64,000 bases of DNA from a bacterium (GTDB lineage: Bacteria; Patescibacteriota; Microgenomatia; UBA1406; GWC2-37-13), in contig JAJYIQ010000003.1 in the NCBI GenBank assembly GCA_021789995.1, forward strand, positions 7,767-71,766, read 5' to 3'. This document shows positions 56,508-64,000 of the stretch, in pieces (positions within the stretch are counted from its first letter, which is position 1; every line of letters starts with the position of its first letter). The notes beneath the pieces were generated by a model. The model did not search any database, was not told the origin of the DNA, and worked only from the letters and a program-made list of their open reading frames with translations. The translations under genes and the position numbers were made by a program.

Positions 56508-57778
56508 AACTGACTTTTTTCAATACTTGTCAATTGCCAAATAGCGACATTGAAAAAACCGCCAGAACGCTTCTCCCCTATCTTAAGCATCTACAAATGA
56601 TGACGGATAAAAATAATTACGATTTTGATGAAAGCTCCATCAATCTTCCGTTTGACGAAAAATCGGCCGGTGAAGTAAAAAAATTGGTTAACAAATTGAA
56701 AACGGAAAAATTAAAATACATTGTCGATATCGGTATCGGCGGCTCCAATTTGGGAACAAAAGCGGTTTACGATGCGTTATTTGGTTATTTTGACATTATC
56801 CAGCCGAACCGGTATCCCAAAATGATTTTTTTAGATACTAACGATCCGGAATTTATTACCCGGCTGGTAAAACTGTTGAAAGGAATAAAGTTGCCGGAGG
56901 AAATTGTCATTAACGCGATCAGCAAATCGGGCGGGACAACCGAAACCATTACCAATCTGGAGATTGTATTGGCGTCAGTAGATAAAACGATAGCTAATGC
57001 ACGGCTGGTGGTGACCTCCGATAAAGGATCGAGTTTTTGGAATTTGGCAACAGAAAAAAACATTCCCTGCCTGGAAATTCCCAAAATGGTCGGCGGCCGC
57101 TATTCGGTACTTTCTCCGGTTGGACTGTTTCCGTTGATGATGGCCGGTTTGGATGTCGATAGCGTGCTGGCCGGTGCCCGCTCAATGAGAAATGAGTGTT
57201 TGTCAGAATCGGTGTTGGCTAATCCGGCCTTGATTTCGGCAACGATACTGTTTCTTCACAACACCAAAGGAATCAATATCAATGACAATTTCTTTTTCCA
57301 TCCCGAACTGGAATCGGTCGGCAAATGGTACCGGCAGCTCATGGGGGAAAGCATCGGCAAAGACGGAAAAGGCATTACTCCCACCGTTTCCATCGGCTCG
57401 ACCGACCTCCATTCGGTCGGACAACTTTATTTCGGCGGGCCGAAAGACAAGGTAACGACGATTATCAGCGCGCCATCGCCCGAAACAATCGCTGTTTCCG
57501 GTAACATGATGTTTCCGCTGGTTGCCCATGTCGAAGGTAAAAAATTTGCCACCGTTATAGATGCTATCTGCCAAGGTGTCGCCGCCACATACAACAATCT
57601 GAAATTGCCCTATATGAAGGTTGTCCTTGATGATTTGTCGGAAAAATCGCTTGGCGAATTTTTACAGTTTAAAATGATTGAAATGATGTTTTTGGGAAAA
57701 CTTTTGGGAATAAACGCTTTCAACCAACCGCACGTTGAACTTTACAAAGTAGAAACGAAAAAAATTTTAAGCCAATAG
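56504..57778 (+). CDS. pgi: Glucose-6-phosphate isomerase
   Basis: GIGGSNLG, SKSGGT.ET, GGRYSV, QLMGESIGK, DLHS.GQ, FNQP.VE.YK. Confidence 0.9.
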   Translation: MKLTFFNTCQLPNSDIEKTARTLLPYLKHLQMMTDKNNYDFDESSINLPFDEKSAGEVKKLVNKLKTEKLKYIVDIGIGGSNLGTKAVYDALFGYFDIIQPNRYPKMIFLDTNDPEFITRLVKLLKGIKLPEEIVINAISKSGGTTETITNLEIVLASVDKTIANARLVVTSDKGSSFWNLATEKNIPCLEIPKMVGGRYSVLSPVGLFPLMMAGLDVDSVLAGARSMRNECLSESVLANPALISATILFLHNTKGININDNFFFHPELESVGKWYRQLMGESIGKDGKGITPTVSIGSTDLHSVGQLYFGGPKDKVTTIISAPSPETIAVSGNMMFPLVAHVEGKKFATVIDAICQGVAATYNNLKLPYMKVVLDDLSEKSLGEFLQFKMIEMMFLGKLLGINAFNQPHVELYKVETKKILSQ

Positions 57779-57862
57779 ATAGATGAGCTGATTTACTCCA
57801 TCCACCCTAATTATAAATGGCCTTGTTACAAGCTCTTCATCATAAATTAGCAAGAACAATTG

Positions 57863-59170
57863 TTATAAAAACCGGCTGACTTCTTTCCCCAACTTCACCG
57901 CATAGTTGGTACCGCGGTCGTAAGGATATGTCATGTCGAGGTTGGCAATATAAAAATTCTTGACTGGTGTGATAAAATTCGGTTTGCTTTTTAAGAAAGT
58001 TTTGTCAAATATCGGCTGCGCCCACGGCGCCTTAAATAGAAACGAATTGAGAATTGGTCCGCCGGCTGGCGGATGGAAATTGAAAATTTTCCTCAGGTGT
58101 GGTTTAACGAAATTAACAACCTCCTCTTTATCCATCTTTAACAATGGACTGTTGTTATCTACGTACCACCCGACATAAGTCAAATGATGATTTCCATAAT
58201 GTTTCTTGTCCATAAAGTTTGTGTGCTGGACAATCGCCATCATGGGAATTTTTTCATCGGTGACGTTCAACCAGTATGTTTTTTCCAGAATCGGTTTTTC
58301 CGTTTCCAATATCAATGTCACCGCGTGCAGAAATTTTATTTGATTCAATCGCTTAACGTAACCGGACGGCAAAACATCCTCCCCTATTTTAGTAATAACT
58401 GGGGTAGGTAACGTAGAAATAATAACGTCAAATGTCTCTGTTTTATTTGAACTTTGAATTTTAAACTTTGAGCTTTTAATTATCTTGTCTACACCACTCC
58501 CCTTCCTAATATCGATTCCTAACGACGTATTTTTTTTCTCCAGGTAATTAATTAGTGTTTGAAACCCTCCTTCCGCATATCCCAGCGTTTTGGTTCTTTT
58601 TTTGATCCGTGCCCAGATAAAAGCGGCTAAAATATTTTCCGCATATTTCCCGAACTTTTTCCGAAAAAGCCCTTGCCACAAGATTTCCCACCCCTCTTTT
58701 CCCATCGTTTTCGTTAAAAAATCCTGCGCTGTCTGCCGTTCGTAAACGGATAAAAACGGCGACAGTTTTAAAAAAGCGAGTATTGCCCCGGCCCGGAATT
58801 TCACCGGCCAGCTTAAAATCGGCAGTCTTAAGAAATCTTGCGGAGTATCTACGGGAAAAGCCTGCCTGCCGGCAGGCAGGTGCGGGAATCTTTCGGGAAT
58901 TATGCGGTAATAAGAAGCGGTTACCGGCTCTTTGAATATGAAGCGGTCAAAGCCTACTTCTTCGACAAACGATAATATGTCACTGTCACTGGTAAAAATA
59001 TGATGGTATGTCCGCTCCAGATACCAATCCCAGTTTATCACTCTAAATCCGGCAGCCAGCCCGCCAAGAACAGTTTCTTTCTCAAAAACGGTGACGAGGT
59101 GACCTTTTTTCTGAAGATAATAAGCGGCGGTCAGGCCGGTAAACCCGCCACCCAAAACAGCGATTTTCAT
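57863..59170 (-). CDS. FAD-dependent oxidoreductase (protoporphyrinogen/amine oxidase-like) with three repeat-derived insertions
   Basis: GGGFTGL.AA, LGGLA, YHH, YPYDRGTN. Confidence 0.85.
   Translation of the reverse strand: MKIAVLGGGFTGLTAAYYLQKKGHLVTVFEKETVLGGLAAGFRVINWDWYLERTYHHIFTSDSDILSFVEEVGFDRFIFKEPVTASYYRIIPERFPHLPAGRQAFPVDTPQDFLRLPILSWPVKFRAGAILAFLKLSPFLSVYERQTAQDFLTKTMGKEGWEILWQGLFRKKFGKYAENILAAFIWARIKKRTKTLGYAEGGFQTLINYLEKKNTSLGIDIRKGSGVDKIIKSSKFKIQSSNKTETFDVIISTLPTPVITKIGEDVLPSGYVKRLNQIKFLHAVTLILETEKPILEKTYWLNVTDEKIPMMAIVQHTNFMDKKHYGNHHLTYVGWYVDNNSPLLKMDKEEVVNFVKPHLRKIFNFHPPAGGPILNSFLFKAPWAQPIFDKTFLKSKPNFITPVKNFYIANLDMTYPYDRGTNYAVKLGKEVSRFL
58058..58073. repeat. Intragenic TCCGCC-n4-GGCGGA palindrome
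   Basis: TCCGCCGGCTGGCGGA, 15/16 identical to 18141-18156. Confidence 0.8.
58861..58880. repeat. Intragenic perfect 20-nt palindrome
   Basis: CCTGCCTGCCGGCAGGCAGG; encodes LPAGRQ. Confidence 0.85.
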
Positions 59171-59287
59171 TAAGCTATTATATATAATATACATTATATA
59201 TAGCGTCCCTTTCCACTTTATCCCTGTCTATATTTAAAACGATTTGGTTAAGGTTTAATAAATAATCCCCGCAGAATTAACGCAGAT

Positions 59288-60271
59288 TTACCGTATTTTT
59301 CTTTCCCGAAGAATTTCAATCAGTATCGTACCGACAAACAGGGTGGTTGGAACCGACAAAAGCACCCCCATGACACCGGCCAGTGTGCCACCGATAATTA
59401 ACGCCATAAGAGTGATTAACGGACTGAGACCGACCGCTTTGCGCATTACTAAAGGAACAATAATGTGGTTTTCCAAAAGTTGGATAACGATATAAAGCGC
59501 AATTGTTGACAATCCCAAAACATACGACTGGGAAATACCGATTAAAAAAGCGGGCACCCACGATAAAATCGGTCCGATATTGGGCACTACTTCCAACAAA
59601 CCGGCCAATACGGCCAAGGCCAGTGTGTAACGTATATTAATGGCGGTTAGGCCGATAAACGACATAATGCCGATCGTCAGCATAAGTGCCGCTTGCCCCC
59701 AAAACCAGGAATTCATCCGTTTTTCCGCCCGATCGAAAATAAGAACAACCCACCGTGTTTCTTTATCGTCAAGTATCTTTTGACTGATCCTGGCCACCAC
59801 GTTTTCTTCCATTAACAGATAAAAACTAAAAACTAATGTAGTCAGCAAAAAAACGGTATTGGAAAAAATTTTCTGCAGGACATCAACAAGCTGGGTAGTG
59901 ACATTCGGCAAATACTGGGTCAGAGAATTGAGACTGACATAGGGCGGTAATTTTGGTAATGTCATCTGGATAATGGCCGGAAGGCTTTTAAAAAGATTGG
60001 TGCTTTCAATGAGAAGCGGGGGAATAATCAAAATCAAAATACTAATAATTATTGCCAAAAAAATCAAATAAATAACGATTATTGACAATGACCGCGGAAA
60101 GCGTTTTTTTACCAGGTAATTTACGGCTGGCCGAAGGGCGGAAACGATAATAAAAGCAATAAACAAAGAAAAAATCAGGTCTTTTACCAACAGAAGAAAC
60201 TGTAAAAACAGAATAAACAATATGGTAAAAACAATTGTCCGCCAGGAAATTTCAATCCGTGAAGTTGACAT
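59288..60271 (-). CDS. AI-2E (UPF0118) family transporter
   Basis: P.V..L, WFWGQ, EVVPNIGP, QLLEN.IIVP, GLSPL. Confidence 0.85.
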   Translation of the reverse strand: MSTSRIEISWRTIVFTILFILFLQFLLLVKDLIFSLFIAFIIVSALRPAVNYLVKKRFPRSLSIIVIYLIFLAIIISILILIIPPLLIESTNLFKSLPAIIQMTLPKLPPYVSLNSLTQYLPNVTTQLVDVLQKIFSNTVFLLTTLVFSFYLLMEENVVARISQKILDDKETRWVVLIFDRAEKRMNSWFWGQAALMLTIGIMSFIGLTAINIRYTLALAVLAGLLEVVPNIGPILSWVPAFLIGISQSYVLGLSTIALYIVIQLLENHIIVPLVMRKAVGLSPLITLMALIIGGTLAGVMGVLLSVPTTLFVGTILIEILRERKIR

Positions 60272-60286
60272 AATGATCTTATTATA

Positions 60287-60967
60287 TCACCCTCTGGCCA
60301 CGACAAGAGCATAAACCGCTTTTGCCCCCGCTTGTTTTAATGCCCGGGCCGCTTCCTTTATGGTGGCGCCGGTCGTCGCCACATCATCAATTAAAATAAT
60401 TTTTTTGCCCTGAACCGGCGTCGTTACCTTAAACGCGCCGATGATGTTGTGGTAACGATTTTTGCCTGTTTTCAGTTGTGCCTGGGCCGCTGTCGCCCTG
60501 ATTCTTTTTAAAAAATCCGCCAGCGGGTAACCGGTATAATTTTGAAAAAAACAAGCGATTAATCGGGCCTGATTGAAGCCTCTTTCTTTTAAACGGCTCG
60601 GGTGAAGAGGAATCGGCTGCAAAAAAAATTCTGTCGACAACGACCGAAAACGGGAAATTTTATGGAGACTTTCCGGCTTTATAATACGACAAAAATCATT
60701 CCAGACATCGGTAGCTAACCGGTACTTGATACTTTTAATGACTTTTTTCAAAAAATCGTCATAGTAAAAAATACTTACCAAACCATCAAGTCGACTGGTT
60801 TTTTGACAACCCGGATGGGTTAGTCCGAAAAAACTGGGTCGGTTACAATAAGGACAAACGTCTTTTTCAACCGGCTTTAACTTTTTCAAACATTTAGGGC
60901 ATATATATATGCCCAGATACCCGCAACCGAGGCAAAATTTCGGAAAAAGGATGTCTTTCAAAAACAT
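60287..60967 (-). CDS. comF: ComF family protein
   Basis: Zn-ribbon Cys pairs, PIPLH..R..ERGFNQA, LIDDVATTGAT. Confidence 0.9.
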   Translation of the reverse strand: MFLKDILFPKFCLGCGYLGIYICPKCLKKLKPVEKDVCPYCNRPSFFGLTHPGCQKTSRLDGLVSIFYYDDFLKKVIKSIKYRLATDVWNDFCRIIKPESLHKISRFRSLSTEFFLQPIPLHPSRLKERGFNQARLIACFFQNYTGYPLADFLKRIRATAAQAQLKTGKNRYHNIIGAFKVTTPVQGKKIILIDDVATTGATIKEAARALKQAGAKAVYALVVARG

Positions 60968-61160
60968 ATCGTTATAACGGTTATAACCATTATAACGTTT
61001 ATATTCCGTTCAAATAAATTAAAACATTTGAAGAGGAGGTAAACATCGGGTAATAATTTCATAAGGGTTGAAGCTAAAAAAATCACTGATATATTTTGAT
61101 AGTATTTTGACCTCTTGCAAACCCAGGAGTAGTGGTATAAATTTTAAAGAGACACAAGAT

Positions 61161-61607
61161 ATGTTCTGTCCTTTTTGCAAACATACGGATACGGAAGTTA
61201 TCGAAACCCGATTGTCTGAAGACGAAACGGTCATCAGACGCCGGCGGCAATGCCCGAAATGCGAGAAACGGTTTACAACATACGAGCGGATAGAGGAACT
61301 ACCAATCCTGGTCATCAAACGGGATGGCCGGCGCGAACGGTTTAGCCGGGAAAAATTACGCGAAGGCGTTATGAAAGCGTGTGAGAAAACAGCGGTTACC
61401 GCCGACCAAATAGAAATGATAACCAATAGTATTGAAAGCGATTTAAAACAGCGGGATAATACCGAGGTGGAGAGTGGCGTCATCGGCAATTTAGTGGCGA
61501 AATATCTGAAAAAAATTGATAAAATTGCCTATATTCGTTTTGCCAGCGTGTTCCGGCGGTTTGTCGACTTGGAGGATTTTGAAAAGGAGCTGAAAAAATT
61601 ATTATAA
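61161..61607 (+). CDS. nrdR: Transcriptional repressor NrdR
   Basis: MFCPFC, IRRRRQCPKCEKRFTTYE, ATP cone, AYIRFASV. Confidence 0.95.
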   Translation: MFCPFCKHTDTEVIETRLSEDETVIRRRRQCPKCEKRFTTYERIEELPILVIKRDGRRERFSREKLREGVMKACEKTAVTADQIEMITNSIESDLKQRDNTEVESGVIGNLVAKYLKKIDKIAYIRFASVFRRFVDLEDFEKELKKLL

Positions 61608-61632
61608 AATTTATAACCATTAGAACCGTTAT

Positions 61633-63993
61633 ATGAAACTTGATGGCATCTCCGAGAAAGTTTTCCTCGACCGCTACTCATTAAAGGATAAAAACGGCAA
61701 TCCGTTGGAAAAAAATCCGTTAGAAATGTGGCGTCGGATTGCGAAAGCAGTCGCCAGCGTCGAAAAAAAGAATAAACAAAAAGCCTGGGAAAAAGAATTT
61801 TTGGCCGCTCTGAAAGATTTCAAATATGTACCCGGCGGCCGGATTCTTGCCGGTGCCGGTACCGGTTATTCGGTCACTTTCTACAATTGTTTTGTCATTC
61901 CCTCTCCCAAAGATTCCCGTGACGGCATTCTGGATACACTAAAGAATATGGTGGAAATCATGGCTCGGGGCGGGGGAGTGGGAATCAATTTATCTTCACT
62001 GCGGCCCCGGGGCTCCCGGGTAAAAAAAGTCAACGGTTTTTCTTCCGGACCGATTAACTGGGCTGAACTTTTTTCCGTTGCCACCAAAGACATCATTCAG
62101 CAGGGAGGAACCAGGCGAGGTGCTCTTATGCTCATGCTGTGGGACTGGCATCCGGACATTGAAGAGTTTATTACGGTTAAGCAGGATTTGTCACGGATTA
62201 ATGGTGCCAATTTATCGCTCGCTATTTCCGATTCTTTTATGGAAGCGGTGGAAAAAGACGCTGACTGGCCGCTTATTTTTCCCGATACGACCGACTCCGA
62301 ATACGACGCCAAGTGGAACGGCGATATTGAGATTTGGAAAAGCCTGGGAAAAAAAGTAGTGGTCCGCAAAGTGGTCAAGGCCCGCAAAATCTGGAACCTG
62401 ATTGCGGAAGCGGCCTGGAAAAGTGCCGAACCGGGAGTGGTTTTCATGGAACGGTACAATAAATGGCACAATAATTATTATTGGAACCGGATTAATTGTG
62501 TCAATCCCTGCGGCGAAGAGGGTTTGCCGCCATGGGGCGTTTGCAATCTAGGATCAATCAATCTTTCCGCTTTCGTCAAGGGAAAAAACATCGATAAAAA
62601 AGGCACTTTTGATTTCCCCTTGCTGAAAAAAGTCGTCCGGACCGGCGTCCGTTTTCAGGATAATGTCGTCGAAATGGATCCGTATGTTTTTGCCGGCATC
62701 CGCAAAACCCAGCTTGAAGGCGAACGCCGGATCGGTTTGGGAACAATGGGGCTGGGCGACACATTGATTAAACTTCACTTGCGCTACGGGTCAGCCGAAT
62801 CGTTGAAATTTATCGATAAGGTTTATAAATCGATTCGTGATGAGGCATATCGTGCCGGGGTAGAAACCGCCCGGGAAAAAGGCGCATTCCCCAAGTTCGA
62901 TGTCAAATACTACCCGAAAGGCAAATTTATCCAAAAGCTCCCCATAGATATCCAGGAAAATATTAAGAAATACGGCGTCCGTAATTCACTCATGCTCATG
63001 CAGGCACCAACCGGCTCGACGTCGCTTATGACGGGGACGACATCCGGTATCGAACCGGTCTATGAATTTGAGTTTATCCGCCGCGACCGTTTGGGTGAAC
63101 ATGTCATTCGCCACCCCCTTTACGATCAATGGTTTTTAAGGCATGAAAAAGAGGTTAAAAATAACAATCTAAAAAAACCGGAGTGGTTTGTGTCGGCCAA
63201 CGACTTATCACCGGAAGATCACATCCAAGTCCAGGCCACCATTCAGAAATATGTCGACGCCTCCATTTCCAAAACCGTCAATGCGCCAAAAAGCCATACA
63301 GTGGAAGATGTCAAAAAACTTTATACCTTAGCCTACAAACTGGGCTTGAAAGGAATTGCCTACATGAGAGACGGTTCCCGTCCGGGTGTATTAAACCGAA
63401 AAGAAGAAAATAAGGAAGAAGCGCCAAAACTGCCCGATTACAAAATCAAGCCGCGGCCGATGGTCGTCCACGGCGCCACTTACCGGATGAATACCCCGGT
63501 CGGCACGGCGTTTATTACCCTGAATACTAATGGCGGCGATCCGCCGGAACCACTGGAGTTATTTATCACTGTTGGCCGGGCCGGCAGCGATGTTTTTGCC
63601 ATGGCCGAAGGATTGGGAAGAATGGTATCGTTGGCGCTGCGCTTCTCTTCCCATCTGCCGGTGGCCGAACGGGTCCAGGAAATTATTTCCCAACTGCAGG
63701 GAATCGGCGGAGCGCGGACATCCGGTTTCGGCAAGGATAAAATCAGAAGCTTGCCTGATGCAATCGCTAAAGTGCTGACGATGCATTACAGCAATGCCAA
63801 CGGGATAAAAAAAACCAACGGCAACGGCGAGCTAAAAAAAGAATTACTTTCTGAAACCAGTCAGCCAACGCTTATGGCTGCCGCGGTCGAGCGATCAACC
63901 TCCTTTGACATTTGTCCAAGCTGCGGCGAAGCTTCACTGGTCCATGAAGAAGGATGTAAGAAATGTTACGGATGCGGATATTCTGAATGTTGA
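61633..63993 (+). CDS. nrdJ: Class II (adenosylcobalamin-dependent) ribonucleotide reductase with C-terminal TSCPD/Zn-ribbon region
   Basis: PGGR, NCFV, QGGTRRGA, NPCGE, CNLGS, APTGS, SGIEP, C-terminal C..CG.SEC. Confidence 0.9.
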   Translation: MKLDGISEKVFLDRYSLKDKNGNPLEKNPLEMWRRIAKAVASVEKKNKQKAWEKEFLAALKDFKYVPGGRILAGAGTGYSVTFYNCFVIPSPKDSRDGILDTLKNMVEIMARGGGVGINLSSLRPRGSRVKKVNGFSSGPINWAELFSVATKDIIQQGGTRRGALMLMLWDWHPDIEEFITVKQDLSRINGANLSLAISDSFMEAVEKDADWPLIFPDTTDSEYDAKWNGDIEIWKSLGKKVVVRKVVKARKIWNLIAEAAWKSAEPGVVFMERYNKWHNNYYWNRINCVNPCGEEGLPPWGVCNLGSINLSAFVKGKNIDKKGTFDFPLLKKVVRTGVRFQDNVVEMDPYVFAGIRKTQLEGERRIGLGTMGLGDTLIKLHLRYGSAESLKFIDKVYKSIRDEAYRAGVETAREKGAFPKFDVKYYPKGKFIQKLPIDIQENIKKYGVRNSLMLMQAPTGSTSLMTGTTSGIEPVYEFEFIRRDRLGEHVIRHPLYDQWFLRHEKEVKNNNLKKPEWFVSANDLSPEDHIQVQATIQKYVDASISKTVNAPKSHTVEDVKKLYTLAYKLGLKGIAYMRDGSRPGVLNRKEENKEEAPKLPDYKIKPRPMVVHGATYRMNTPVGTAFITLNTNGGDPPEPLELFITVGRAGSDVFAMAEGLGRMVSLALRFSSHLPVAERVQEIISQLQGIGGARTSGFGKDKIRSLPDAIAKVLTMHYSNANGIKKTNGNGELKKELLSETSQPTLMAAAVERSTSFDICPSCGEASLVHEEGCKKCYGCGYSEC

Positions 63994-64000
63994 CATGCCT

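Noticed and set aside
61083..61166. NrdR boxes upstream of nrdR
   Set aside because: Only partial matches (e.g. ACACAAGATATGT); not convincing by eye.
61633..63993. Intein or intron in nrdJ (recA also checked)
   Set aside because: Lengths are normal, frames are continuous and no intein boundary motifs were seen.

Overview
64 kb of chromosome from a small-genome bacterium. Gene content (VirB2-like pilin cluster, DUF5667/DUF2079-type proteins, class II RNR, many apparently leaderless genes) suggests Patescibacteria/CPR, probably Microgenomates; this is an inference. Most of the window is housekeeping or envelope genes: greA, mscL, smpB-ssrA, hup, rny, recX-recA, pgi, comM, comF, nrdR-nrdJ, a MacAB-like ABC system with a two-component pair, and an ApbE flavinylation module. 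The main signal is a cassette found twice, at two different tRNA genes (Pro at 196-602, Asn at 17280-18169). Each reads [decayed copy of the tRNA with parts overwritten by CCGCC-n-GGCGG mini-hairpins] -> [~85-aa GIY-YIG nuclease whose stop codon lies inside the tRNA] -> [intact tRNA]. The same hairpin, other palindromes and short 7-10-nt tandem arrays are also inserted in-frame in protein genes and next to RNA genes. This suggests a tRNA-anchored nuclease plus non-autonomous micro-repeat system. The tRNA-Asn also carries a group I intron at anticodon position 35/36 that encodes an HNH endonuclease. No CRISPR array, rRNA or reverse transcriptase was seen. All calls were made by eye, without database searches.
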